Notes under the pieces: generated by a model
Database searches by the model: none
Told to the model about the DNA's origin: nothing
The model's input: only the letters and a program-made list of their open reading frames with translations
Shown: piece by piece, positions 1-15,100 of the stretch
Numbering within the stretch: the stretch's first letter is position 1
How the letters are laid out: every line of letters begins with the position of its first letter
Translations under genes and position numbers: made by a program
Assembly: GCA_009914755.4 (NCBI GenBank)
Contig: CP068257.2
Location: 37,728,001-37,792,000 of the forward strand
Direction: 5' to 3'
DNA from: the human T2T-CHM13v2.0 reference genome, Homo sapiens
DNA length: 64,000 nucleotides

Positions 1-530
1 CCGTAAACAACTGTTTTTCCGGTCTACTTAGTGCCACATATTTTACACCTTTGTGCTTTTTACTGATGATTTTGTTGTTTAAAATGGCCCCCACGCATCT
101 TGTTCAAGTGCTATCTAATGTTGCTCAATTCAAGGCTGTGATGTGCCACACAGAGAACGTATGTGTTGGAGGGCTTTGTTCAGGTACAAATTACAGTGCT
201 ACTGGGTAGTGAGTTCGATGTGAATTTAACATACATTAAGGCATGTCTAAACAGAAATACACATGTAACAAAGTCACGTATTTTCAGTTGATGAAAATGT
301 TGTGATCAGAGGTTTGTAGGAACCCAATCCTGTACTTCCCCTATGTGAAAACGGTTTCATACTTGTGGCAGCCTTATATTAATAGAACACAGCTATAAAC
401 AAGGGAAACCAACTGTAATTTGGTAACATGTACTAGAAGGTCAAGTTCTTCCTTTAAAATCAGAACTAGATTAGCAATGTGATCTTATTATCACACAGTA
501 TTTGATGTATGGTTAGAATTAAGTAGTACA

Positions 531-836
<306 letters not shown>

Positions 837-1669
837 GGAATTAGGAAGTACAAGAAGTACAAGTTAAAAAAATAAACTGTGATTATAAATTTCTTAACTT
901 AGGAATAAGTAGTTTATAACTTAAGAATTTGATAAATATCAAATATAAACATCAAATACTTAAGTGATATCAAAATTTAAAAATCAATATACTAAATTAC
1001 TTATCTTTTCTAGCTTAGCTAATATAACAAACATAAAATAAAGGCCTGGCTTAACTGAATCTTGCAGTTCAGTTATTTTTTAAGAAACAGCTTCCAGGCT
1101 AGAGGAGTGCAGTAGTGCTCACAACAAATCAATCAAAACCTGTTACAGACTTCTTTGTTCCTTCTCTACTCCCACTGCTTCATTAATAAAAAAAAAAAGA
1201 CATCTTTTCCTCACAGCTTAAAACAATAAAGATTCAGCCTGGCTAACAGACACTGTCTCTAAGAATAAAGATTAATGACACTAGTCTTTTTATTTACTTG
1301 ATCTATGTTATTATTTAGACCTTTAAGAAAAATACAAACAAAAACATTTTCATTAGAAATGAAAGTGGGAAAAAAATGCCAGGAAAAATGCAAGTAAGGG
1401 GAATAAATTTTCAAAAATATATTTAAAAGCAACATCCAGAATATAAAAACAAAACAAAGATTGAATTATATCTGAAATTGAGCATATTAAAATTTCTTGC
1501 TCTTAAATAAGCCATTTACGTATTTACTTTCCAATAACATAAATCATAGAAAACCATTTGTCCAATCACTTTGGGATACCGTACAAAACTTTGTTCAATA
1601 TTATAATGAATACTGTTATCTGCTACAAAAAATGTACAATTTAGTATCTACTGTTCAGAGTCAAAGCAA

Positions 1670-1709
<40 letters not shown>
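1670..1709. repeat. (CA)n / (GT)n microsatellite, about 19 units
   Basis: Perfect dinucleotide run read directly; abuts the HMGN1 exon 5 donor on the minus strand. Confidence 0.95.
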
Positions 1710-1711
<2 letters not shown>

Positions 1712-1716
1712 CTGAC

Positions 1717-1845
1717 CTCCTCAGTCTTCGTTTCCCCGTTTTCCGCAGGTAAGTCTTCTTTAGTTTCTTGGTTAGCCACTTCGGCCTGTTTTCCCTTTGC
1801 TCCCCTTTTCCCTTTTGTTTGCACTTTTTTGTCTGAAGATTTATC
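1717..1845 (-). CDS. HMGN1: HMGN1 coding exon 5 (DKSSDKKVQTKGKRGAKGKQAEVANQETKEDLPAENGETKTEE)
   Basis: Reverse-complement translation matches HMGN1 residues 43-85. Acceptor ctatcatag|GAT and donor GAG|gtcaga are present; phase 0, 129 nt. Confidence 0.9.
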
Positions 1846-3629
1846 CTATGATAGAATAAGAATATATTTTAAGTACATGCTTTACTCCTTATTTACATTT
1901 TGTTTTACTTTTTCCCCTTCATGTCAGACAAGTAATGTGCCCAGTGGTGCTGACTTCATAGTAAGGTTTGAGAGAGGGACATCTCACACATGAGCGTGAA
2001 ACCCCAATCTTCAAGCTTATGAAAGGATCTCATTTTGTATAGACTGTATCCATAACAGCTGTCATATTAATGTCTATCACACATCAGTTGATACACCTAT
2101 TACATGAGACAACTTAAGGTCCACCCCAGTAATCAGGAAAACAACGTATGCTAAGGAGATTTTAATAGTACTTGCATGTCAAGCCTCATTAGACATATGA
2201 CAAATCCTAAAGCCCGAGCTATATTTCACCACTGTCGCCATCATCCACTATTCCCTACAGTTCCACATGACAGGACAATGTCATGAAGTTGAATACCGGA
2301 GGAGTCTCGTCGACCGTATTCCCACCCATCCCCAAATTTGTTGTGAACTTCAACAATACTGTCCTCACAAGACCTTAACCCTCACATTAAGACCAATCAC
2401 CTGAAAAAAAGCACCATGCCGTACGGTCAGGTTGACTATCCTGCTACAGTTAATCCCTTCATATCATATAATGAGGAACTAAAAGGATCAGTTTTGAATT
2501 TATCACTTTCATTTAGGTGTTTGAAGAATCTGAAAAGCACAGGTATTAATATGACCATACTAACTTGATACATTAAGTTCAAAATTTAAGCCATGTTAAA
2601 GAAACATAAAAATACTTTTAGATACCATCCATCAATACTGAGAAGAAAGCTTAACATTTATTCCTTGTTAGTAAGTATACAGCAGCAGCTAAATTAGTTT
2701 AGCCCCCAGCGGGTGGTATAAAAGACCCATACGGATACTGACCAATTACTTGAATTAAAGGGCCATAAAGACAAGCAAGTAGAGCTCACAACTTCAATGC
2801 TAACATGGGCGGAAAAATCACTGCAGGGTGTTCTGTACTAATAGTAGGATTCCACAGACAGCATAATGACTTTTAATACTTCAACATCCTTTGAGTAACA
2901 AATGATAAATGTATTTGAGACAAAACTGCTACTACACACATTGCTATCACAAAGTTTCACAATCACTTCTGTATTTAAGAACTACTCTTTTGTAGTCTGA
3001 TTTCTAAAGATTTCTCATTAATTTCATAATCATTCCAATACAAAAAATACAAAACTGGGAAACAGTTAAAATAGAATACATAATACCTTGGACTTGAAAT
3101 AATACCACGTGTAACCATTATCAGCTGAAAAGCTAGATTAAAAAAAAATCAATCAAGTTTCCCGAAGTATAATGTTTGGACCTTCAAAATATTTAGTTCT
3201 AGGGAAAGATACAAGTCAGAAGCACACACAGTGACAAGATATGCCTTGAAAACATGTCTACTGTGTAGTATGATAATCGATACACCAAGTGCTTACGTTC
3301 TGTTTAGACTTCAAAGTCTGATCAACCATGAAGTCAAAGGTGTATTACAGAAACGAGATGTAAAAATGAACAAATCCCTTCTGCCCTTTTTCCTTTTGGG
3401 AAAACTGACCTCATAGGCTCGTTCCTCAACAAACACTGACATGAAGACTTACCTGTTGGCCTCTCAATTACATCTGATGTCCCAAACCCACTGAGAGTAA
3501 AACTTGGAACTGTTTTCATTAAAAAATTCACTTTACAGTAGATCTCAAGATGGACAAAGATAAATAAGGAAAGAAACAAGAAAAATGTAAAGAGGGAAAC
3601 AGGCAGATATTTCAGCCAATTAGTTTAAA

Positions 3630-3655
3630 ACACACACACACACACACACACACAA
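3630..3655. repeat. (AC)n microsatellite
   Basis: Dinucleotide run in HMGN1 intron 4. Confidence 0.9.
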
Positions 3656-4865
3656 TAAAAAAAGATAGGTAATAGTATACTGCTCACGCCAACATTTTTA
3701 ACAAGGTCAGCTAATTTTTTAGGCCTTCAAGTTTCCGTGCTGTTCTAACTGTATACAGAGAATTACCACATGGTCTTCTGGTAATGAGAAATTTAAAGTT
3801 GAAAAATACTATTCTCATACCTTCCGTGAAGCTTTATTTTTAAAAGGATCACAAAAACAGAACTTTCTGTTAAAGAAAACATAGTTAATATTTTTACACT
3901 CAGCTCTGTAAAAAATTTAAATTAAAAAAGAAAAAACATCTTTGTTTTATACCTTTATTTAACAAGGACAAATTTAGTAATTATCCAACAACTCCTCAAT
4001 GTCAAGGAAATTAATCTTGCCTCTTCTGATGACTGCAGTGCTAAACTTCTACCTACACTTTTAGGAAAGAGGTGAAGGCATTAACAAAAATTTTTTTTGA
4101 GACTTCAAATAGCAAACTCTCACCTAAGTTTTGGATAAAAATTAATCACCCCGCGAAGAACATGTAGAGCTTTACAGGTTTCAATGCTATATCCAAACAC
4201 AAAGCTTATACTTGTTTTACACATGTTCTGCTTTTCCACCCTGCAAGTTATCAAACACACGTACACCCAAAGCCAACTTCATTCTACAGACCTGCAATTC
4301 GAATCATGCAATCACGAATTTGTTAGGGAGCAGCCAAAATCACGGTTTTGTATAACTGCTGATGAACACTTCCAGAGTAGTGGCGGTTATTTTCTCAGAG
4401 ATCACAACTTTTTACCTCCCCACCCCCACCCCGTAAAAAGGTTAAGGCTTCCCGAAGTTGGCTTGGAAACTGTATATATAAAAACTTACACGTTCCCTTT
4501 CTCCTGGCCTCGGTGCTATCTTGACTCTTTTATTGTCAAAAAAGGAAGTACAAGCACGAATTAAAAGCCAAGCACCAGCCACAATGTACGCAACGCAAAG
4601 AATAAATTTCCTTTGTAGACTTAATATTTAATATTTTTTGTCGTCCTAAGTCTCCTAACATCTGCAGCAGCATTAGTGTGATATAGTTCTATAAACCAGG
4701 ATGAATATATCCATTACATTTTTGCCTCGACCACTAGAAAAATTATTTACCGTAATTATTAAAGTATAAATAAAGCTCCAATAGCTAATCAAAATGGAAG
4801 CCCCGCATTAAGAAGCAGTGTAGCCTAAGGCCCCGCTGCATCCCAATGCGCGTTTCGAGGCTTAC

Positions 4866-4913
4866 CTTCGCTGCTGCCTTTTTCGGCTTCGCTTCCACTT
4901 TTGCAGGAGGTTT
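4866..4913 (-). CDS. HMGN1: HMGN1 coding exon 4 (KPPAKVEAKPKKAAAK)
   Basis: Reverse-complement AAACCTCCTGCAAAAGTGGAAGCGAAGCCGAAAAAGGCAGCAGCGAAG is flanked by ctttcag acceptor and gtaagc donor. Confidence 0.9.
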
Positions 4914-4995
4914 CTGAAAGGCAAAAGCAGCACTGAGCGTCCTCACCCGGGACGACCCGCGGAAAACGAACGGTTACGGGGCTCGCTTTACTTAC

Positions 4996-5025
4996 AGCTG
5001 ACAACCGCGCCGATCTCCTCTTGGG
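4996..5025 (-). CDS. HMGN1: HMGN1 coding exon 3 (PKRRSARLSA)
   Basis: Reverse-complement CCCAAGAGGAGATCGGCGCGGTTGTCAGCT with a polypyrimidine...ccaag acceptor and gtaagtaaag donor. Confidence 0.9.
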
Positions 5026-5118
5026 CTTGGAGAAAGAAAAAGGAGAGTCAGCGAGAAGAGAAGGCAGGCCAGCGGCTCACGGGAAACCCACCACCCCCCG
5101 CAGAAGGCCCGCACTCAC

Positions 5119-5151
5119 CTCTTCCTTGGCGGCGCCTTCGGCGGAGCTGAC
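5119..5151 (-). CDS. HMGN1: HMGN1 coding exon 2 (VSSAEGAAKEE)
   Basis: Reverse-complement GTCAGCTCCGCCGAAGGCGCCGCCAAGGAAGAG with tctccgcag acceptor and gtgagtgc donor. Confidence 0.9.
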
Positions 5152-5476
5152 CTGCGGAGACGGAGACGCACGAATAGAGGCGGGCCGCAGTCCCAGGACT
5201 CGCGGGCCCGCCCGGCCCCGAGAACAATGCCCGGCCGCGTGACGTCACGGCTTCCCGCCGCCCCGTTCGAATAGCCCCCTCAGCTCCCCCGGCCGCCAAA
5301 CGTTCCAGAACGCCCGCCCCCGCGGCCGCCGAGCGCTCGCCTGCCCGCCCGCCGGTCTCCAAGCGCCTCCCGGGCCCGTCGCCACCGTGGGTGCAACGGG
5401 GCCTGGGCCTCGCGGGGCCCGGCGGGGCGCCGGCGGCGGCTCCAGGGGGCGTGTGCGGGCCGCGGCCGCCGCTCAC

Positions 5477-5491
5477 CTTCCTCTTGGGCAT
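5477..5491 (-). CDS. HMGN1: HMGN1 coding exon 1 (MPKRK), start codon in Kozak context gccgccacgATGc
   Basis: Reverse-complement ATGCCCAAGAGGAAG followed by gtgagc donor. The five exons together reproduce HMGN1 residues 1-85. Confidence 0.9.
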
Positions 5492-6655
<1,164 letters not shown>

Positions 6656-7600
6656 TGAGAGCCGTGCGCGACCGTCTCCAGCACTCGCGGACCCCCAGAG
6701 GGCTGTTTTATTTTCTCCATAGCATTGATTGAATATATATCCTTATACATTCCATATATATCTCAGGAAGAATACACAAGGAAGTGGTACCAGCGGTTGC
6801 CTCTGGGGAAAAGTGGGAAGATTGAGGGTAAAATTTCCCTTTTCTCGTGTGTAATTTTTTTTCACTTTCCTATCTGCATGGATTACCTTAAAAAAATTCA
6901 ACATCAGAGAGTACCCAAGTTTGTGGCACAAGCATGTACTGAGCACCTGCCCTGTGGCAGGCACCGTGAAGTCCCTGGGGTAGAGAGAATCCAGGTTTGT
7001 ATCCCAAGCACTGGGTCTAGTAATTTAGTGGGGAGAGAAAGTACCCAATTGGCCTAGTAAAGAAAGGGGAAGCCATCGGCAGGGGGGGTCAGCATATTTC
7101 AAGGCATGCTGACTTGCTAGAGTGTGGCAGCCCACCAAGACCTTTAAAGTGGCAGGGATGGAGATACGAAAAATGGACGTAAAGATCAGGGAAAAGAGGC
7201 AGAAAAAAAGAAGAGCAGCCCGTCATGAAGTTCGATCATTATCCAAAGATTGAGGGATACTGCAAGGTCTTAAGCAAGCGAACTCTATGCTTTTGGACTT
7301 ACCTCATAAAGAACTTTCTCCCATAAGAACCGAAGATGCGCTAGGCCAGAGGTGACAACTGATGGTCCACAGGTGTTTTATTTGGCCTAGTTTTTTTTAA
7401 GTTGCCAACACAAACAAATGGAGCAGCCAGAACTCAAATGAAAAACTATTTGGCAGTAGATTCCACTACTCATCAGCATGGGGGTTTTGACCTGCTCCGT
7501 TTCTGACCTGACCCCTTCATAGGCAAACCTGTGGGTCTTTTGCTCCGTGGAAAGTCACCATAATGATGCTAACGACCTGATCAGCATAACACACTATAGC

Positions 7601-7680
7601 CCAGAACTGGATTCAAGCAATCCTCCTGCCTCAGGTTCCCAAGTGGTTGGAACTACAGGCATGTGCCACCATGTCCAATT
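7601..7680 (-). mobile_element. Alu fragment
   Basis: caagcaatcctcctgcctcag...actacaggcatgtgccaccatg. Confidence 0.6.
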
Positions 7681-8188
7681 GGCAGTATGTTTTAAACCTA
7701 AACAGACACTTTCAGGACTCAGTCATTCCACTCCTAGAAAGGTACACAACAAAAATGCTTATATATTTTCACCAGAAGACATGAAATAGAATATTTATAG
7801 CCGAAAAATTTGTTATAAGCCCAAACAGAGAGCAACCTAAACGCCAGTCAACAGAAGAATAGATGAATAAATGGAAGACCGTCAGCAATGAAAATGACCC
7901 ATATGCAACTACATACAACAATGTGGGTTAATTTTACTAGCATAATGTTGAGAGAAAGATACCAGATCCAAAAGTGTGTATACTGTGTGATTGTATTCAT
8001 GTAACGTACAAAAGCAGGCAAAACTAATCCAGTCTGTTAGAAGTCAGGTTAGTGCTTCCTGGTTGGGGTTGAGGTGGGGAGCTAGCGACTGGAGGAGAGA
8101 GCAATGGAAAAATTTGAGGGGCTGGCTATTCATGCTCGATTTCTTGATCTGGATGTTGGTTGCACTGTGTTCACTTCATGAATACTAA

Positions 8189-8536
<348 letters not shown>

Positions 8537-8861
8537 CCTATAGTGAAGTATTTTTTCAACATGTCAGAGTCAGAAATTTTCACTTACAAATTTAGCTCTT
8601 CCACTTCTCTTGGCGTCCTTTGGGCGTGCGTTCCACAGACTGCACTTGACCTTGTATCTTGTAAGGAGGTGTTCTTTCTCCAGCTGCCAAGGTTCCAGAC
8701 CTGCTGATTTCACTCCTTTGTATTTCCTACTGGGCTTCTGGAGGAATTTTAGTTTGTGATGCCCGCATATATGTGTAGGTTATATATAGATATCACCTTT
8801 TACATTTTCATTTAGTTTTGGACGATGTGTTTCTGTGATTCAAATTCCAAAGATTCCATTC

Positions 8862-9075
8862 TGGGCAACAACACAAGACCCCGTCTCTACAAAATTAAAA
8901 AAAAAAAAATTAGCTGGGTGTGTGGCACACACGTGCATTTCCAGTTACTCAAAACGCTGTGGTGGAAGGATCACTTGAGCCCAGGAGGTCGAGGCTGCAG
9001 TGAGCTATGATTGTGCAGTCCACTGCACTCAAGCCTGGGTGGCAGAGTGAAATCCTGTCTTAAAGGAAAAAAAAA
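8862..9075 (+). mobile_element. Alu SINE, 5'-truncated (right arm and linker)
   Basis: attagctgggtgtgtggcacacacg...gcactcaagcctgggtggcagagtgaaatcctgtcttaaaggaaaaaaaaa. Confidence 0.8.
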
Positions 9076-9690
9076 TTCCAAAGGAACAAAAAAATTTCCA
9101 GAGAAGTCTGCCTTCTGCTTCTGTTCCCCCTGGCTATCTACTTCTAAGAAGAAACCAATGTTGCTGCTTCTTAGGTATCCCTCTTGAGATATTTTGTGGA
9201 AGCAAATTAATATATGTTCTTTTCTTCCTCCTTTATTTTTACACTGTTTGGTACCCATGCATTTTCACTTAACAATAGAGATTGTTTTTTATCACTTCTT
9301 TACAAATTATTCTTTTTTTGTATTACTGCATTGTATTCCACCATATAGATGGAACAAACATTGTTAAAAATTGTGACAAAGTACATATAACATTTATCAC
9401 CTCAAACATTTTCAGTGAAAAGAAGAATGAAAATGAGTGAGGAAAGTTTATGAAACTTATGGGACAACTCAATGCAGCCAATATGTGCGTTATGGGAATC
9501 CAAGAAGGAGCACAGAAAGAGAAAGGGATGGAAAACTTACACTTGAGGAAATAATGACAGAAAAATTCCCAAATCTGGAGAGGAAAACAAACATCCATCC
9601 CCATGAAGCCTATAATACTGAAAATACTTGAGCATAATGAGGTTCTTGAGACACATAATCAACTTGTCAAAAGTCAAACACAAAGGATCT

Positions 9691-10145
<455 letters not shown>

Positions 10146-10516
10146 CTATACTTGGCAAAGCTGTCAGAAATCAAGCAGAGATAGACTTCCCAGACAAACA
10201 AAAGCTGAAGGAGTTCATCACCACTAGACCTGCTTTAGAAGAAATGCTAAACAGAGTTGTTCAAGTTCAAATGAAAGGATGCTAATTAGCAACATGAAAA
10301 CATATGAAGGTATAAAACTCACGGGTAAAGGTAAGTATAATCAAATTCAGAATATTCATACTGTAATGGTGGCATATAAATTTTAATTCTAGTATAAAAA
10401 AAGACAAAAGTATTATTATATAACTATAAAAATTGTTAGTGATTACACAGTATAAAAGATATACATTGTGATATCAATAAAATAAATGTGGGAGGGAAGA
10501 AGTAAAAGTGTAGAGC

Positions 10517-10822
10517 TTTTTTTTTTTTTTTTTTTTTTGAGACGGAGTCTCACTCTGTCTCCCAGACTGAAGTGCAGTGGCGTGATCTTGGCTCACCGCA
10601 AGCTCTGCCTCCCAGGTGCACACCATTCTCCTGCCTCAGCCTCCTGAGTACCTGGGACTACCGGCACCCACCACCACGCCTGGCTAATTTTTTTTGTATT
10701 TTTTTAGTAGAGACGGGGTTTCACCATGTTAGCCAGCATGGTGTCGATCTCCTGACCTCGTGATCCACCCGCCTTGGCCTCCCAAAGTGCTGGGATTACA
10801 GGCATGAGCACTGCGCCCAGCC
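10517..10822 (-). mobile_element. Alu SINE (AluY-like)
   Basis: T22 followed by gagacggagtctcactctg...ggcatgagcactgcgcccagcc. Confidence 0.9.
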
Positions 10823-11016
10823 AGAACTTTTATATGCAATTGAAAATATCAGCTTTGACTGTTATAAGTGTAAGATGTTTTATGTAAGCCTCATGGTAAT
10901 CACAAAGCAAAAACTGGTAGTAGATACACAAAAGACAAAGATAAAATAATCAAAGCATGCCACCACAAAAATCATGACATTAAAAGGAAGTAGTAAGAGA
11001 AGAAAGAAACAAAGGT

Positions 11017-11318
11017 GGCCAGGCGTGGTGGCTCACGCCTGTAATCCCAGCACTTTGGGAGGCTGAGGCTGACAGATGACTGGAGGTCAGGAGTTCAAGA
11101 CCAGCCTGGCCAATACAGTGAAACACCGTTTCTACTAAAAATACAAAAATTAGCCAGGCATGGTGGCACATGCCTATGATCCCAGCTACTCAGGAGGCTG
11201 AGGCAGGAGAATCACTTTAACCTAGGAGGCAGAGTTTGCAGTGAGCCGAGATCGTGCCACTACCCTCCAGCCTGGGTGACAGACTGAGACTGCATCTCAA
11301 AAGAAGGAAAAAAAAAAA
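11017..11318 (+). mobile_element. Alu SINE
   Basis: ggccaggcgtggtggctcacgcctgtaatcccagc...poly-A. Confidence 0.9.
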
Positions 11319-11431
11319 CAAAGGAACTACCAAACAGAAAACAATGAACAAGATGGTAGTGGTAAATCCTCCTATATCACTAATTACCTTAAATGAAAAT
11401 TGATTCATTTCTCCAATCAAAAGACATAGAG

Positions 11432-11605
11432 TGAGCCAGGCATAGTGGTGTGTGCCTGTAATCTCAGCTGTCAGCTGCTTAGAAGGCTGAGGCAGGAGAA
11501 TCCCTTGAGGCCAGGAGTTTGGGGCTGTAGTATGCTGTAAGTGTTCCTGAGAATAGCCACTACACTTTAGCCTGGGCAACATAGTGAGACTTAATCTCCA
11601 AAAAA
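11432..11605 (+). mobile_element. Alu-derived monomer-like fragment
   Basis: gagccaggcatagtggtgtgtgcctgtaatctcagc...tagcctgggcaacatagtgagact. Confidence 0.6.
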
Positions 11606-12152
11606 CAAAGACATAGAATGACTGAATGAATAAAAATTTAAAGATAGACATAGGCTGAAAGTGAAGGGATAGAAAAAGATACTCCATGCAAATGGTAATC
11701 AAAAGAGAGCAGGAGTGGTTATACCATCAAAAAAATATACTTTAAGTCAAGATGTCACAAGAGACAAAAAAGATCATTGTGTGATGAAGGGTCAAATGAT
11801 CAAGAGAATATAAGAATTGTAAATATGTATGCACCCTACATTAGAACACCTAAATGTATAAAACAAATATTAATGGAATTGAAGGATGAAATAGACAACA
11901 ATACAATAATAGTGGGAAATTTGAATACTTCACTTTCAACAATGGATAGATAATCTAGACAAAAAAGAGAAACAGTGGACTTGAACAACCACTATAACCA
12001 ATAGAGCGGACATACACAGAACATTCCATCTAACAGCAGCAGAACACACATCTTCTCAAATGCACATGTAACATTTCCTAGGATAGATCATATATTGGGC
12101 AGCGAAACAAAACTTTCCTTTTATAAAGTTTAAACAAATTTAAGAAAATTGA

Positions 12153-12456
<304 letters not shown>

Positions 12457-12731
12457 CTGAAGATTGAAATTATATCAAATATCTTTTTTCTCACCACAAT
12501 ACTATGAAACTGGAAATCAATAATAGGAGGAAAATTGAAAAACTCACAAATATGTGGAAGTTAAATAGCACACTCCTAAACAACCAATAGATCAAAGAAG
12601 AAATCAAATAAGAAAAAAAATCTTGAGACAAATTAAAATGGAAACACAACATACCAAAACTTACGGGATGCAGTAAAAGCTGTTCAAAGAGGGACATTTA
12701 TTGCACTAAACGCCTACATTAAGAAAAAAAG

Positions 12732-13035
<304 letters not shown>

Positions 13036-13064
13036 AGATCTCAAACATCTTAATATTCACCTCA

Positions 13065-13475
<411 letters not shown>

Positions 13476-14018
13476 TCAATGATAGTAATAGTTGGATTTT
13501 TAAAAAGATAAACAAGATTGGCAAACCTTTAGCTAGCCTAAGGATAAAAGAACACGCAAATAGATAAAATTATAAAAGAAAGAAGAGACATTACAGCAGA
13601 TACCACAGAAATACAAAGGCTCATAAGATACTACTATTAATAATTACATGCCAACAATTTGCATAACCTAGAAGAAATGAATAGATTCCTAGAAACGTAC
13701 ATCCTACCAAGACTGAACCATGAAGAAAGAAAAAATTTAAACGGATCAATATGGGTAAGGAGATTGAATCAGTAATCAAAATCTCCCAATGAAGAAAAGC
13801 CCATGATCAGATTGCTTCACTGGTCAATTTTACCAGACATTTAATGAAGAATTAATGCCAATCCTTCTCAAAGTCTTCCAAAAAACTGAAAAAAAAGGAG
13901 CGTTTCTAAACTCATTTTATGAGCCCATCATTGCCTTAATACCAAAGCCAGCCGTGGACACTGTAAGAAAAGAACATTACAGGCCAATATCCCTGATAAA
14001 CATAAATGCAAATAGAAT

Positions 14019-14385
14019 CTAAGCTGGTGGAAAAGTAATTGCGGTTTCAGACCATGAATTTTAAATAATTATAACTAGGCTCAAACACATCTTTGTTAAT
14101 CAAAATAGGAACCATTACAATCAACACATTTTTGCCAATGAGAAACAAGTTTGTCATTCCTTTGGTGTAAAAAATCCATGCTTTGGGATTCGGTGAACTC
14201 TTGGAAAGCATTTTCTGCATTTTGCTGGTTGTGGAAGTGTTTTTCATGCAAAAAGTTGTCGAGATGCTTGAAGGAGTGGTAGTCTATTGGCGGGAGGTCA
14301 GGTGAATATGGCGGATGAGGCAAAACTCTGTAGCCTAATTCATTCAACTTTTGAAGAGTTGGTTGTGCCACGTGCGGTAGGGAGT
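14019..14385 (-). mobile_element. Hsmar1 mariner DNA-transposon fragment (3' third of transposase plus terminal inverted repeat)
   Basis: Minus-strand ORFs at 14096-14371 and 14047-14247 encode mariner transposase C-terminal motifs (LPHPPYSPDLPPIDYHSFKHLDNFL...HNQQNAENAFQEF...SHWQKCVDCNGSYFD). The TIR-like sequence ggtggaaaagtaattgcggttt sits at about 14025-14048. Confidence 0.8.
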
Positions 14386-14515
14386 TGTATTAGTCCATTT
14401 TCACGCTGCTGATAAAGACATACCTGAGACTGGGTAGAAAAACAGGTTTAATTGGACTTACAGTTCTATGTGGCTGGGGAGGCCTCAGAATCATGGCGGG
14501 AGGCAAAAGGCACTT
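14386..14515 (-). mobile_element. MaLR LTR fragment (THE1/MST-like 3' end), reverse-complemented
   Basis: gtattagtccattttcacgctgctgataaagacatacctgagactgggta...acagttctatgtggctggggaggcctcagaatcatggcgggaggcaaaaggcac is the reverse complement of the THE1/MST consensus 3' end. Confidence 0.7.
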
Positions 14516-14516
14516 C

Positions 14517-14847
14517 TTTTTTTTGTTTGTTTTTGTTTGAGACAGAGTATCTCTCTGTTGCCCAGGCTAGAATGCAGTGGTGTGACCCCGGCTTACTGCA
14601 ATCTCTGCCTCCCCGGTTCTAAGCGATTCTCCTGCCTCAGCCTCTGGAGTAGCTGGGATTACAGGCACCTGCTACCATGCCCGGCTAATTTTGTCTTTTT
14701 TTTATTTTTATTTTTATTTTTTTTTTTAGTAGAAACAGGGTTTCGCCATGTTGGCCAGGCTGGTCTTGAGCTCATGACCTCAAGTGATCTGCCCTGCTTG
14801 GCCTCCCAAAGTGCTGGGATTACAGGCATGAGCCACTGTGCCTGGCC
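14517..14847 (-). mobile_element. Alu SINE with expanded A/T-rich linker
   Basis: Reverse-complement Alu; the linker is expanded to (TTTTA)n-like. Confidence 0.9.
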
Positions 14848-14920
14848 AGCACATTTTTAATCTAATTAGGAAACAACTAAATTCCACCTCAACTTTAGAT
14901 TGGACTTGGGCAGAAGACAG

Positions 14921-15100
14921 CTGTAATCCCAGCACTTTGGGAGGCTGAGGCTGACAGATGACTTGAGGTCAGGAGTTTCAGACCAGCCTGGCCAACACAG
15001 TGAAACACCATCTCTACTAAAAACACAAAAATTAGCCAGGCATGCTTGTGCATGCCTGTGATTCCAGCTACTTGGGAGGCTGAGGCATACAGGTATCAGG
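14921..15100 (+). mobile_element. Alu fragment, 5'- and 3'-truncated
   Basis: ctgtaatcccagcactttgggaggctgaggctgacagatgacttgaggtcaggagtttcagaccagcctggccaac... Confidence 0.8.

Noticed and set aside
1140-1200. Possible HMGN1 terminal exon 6 (ttctttgttccttctctactcccactgcttcattaa loosely resembles the reverse complement of the ...EKEAKSD* coding end)
   Set aside because: Translation of the minus strand does not give SPASDEAGEKEAKSD, and similarity is limited to a few pyrimidine-rich words. Given HMGN1 gene length (about 7 kb from memory), exon 6 most likely lies just beyond position 1 of the window.
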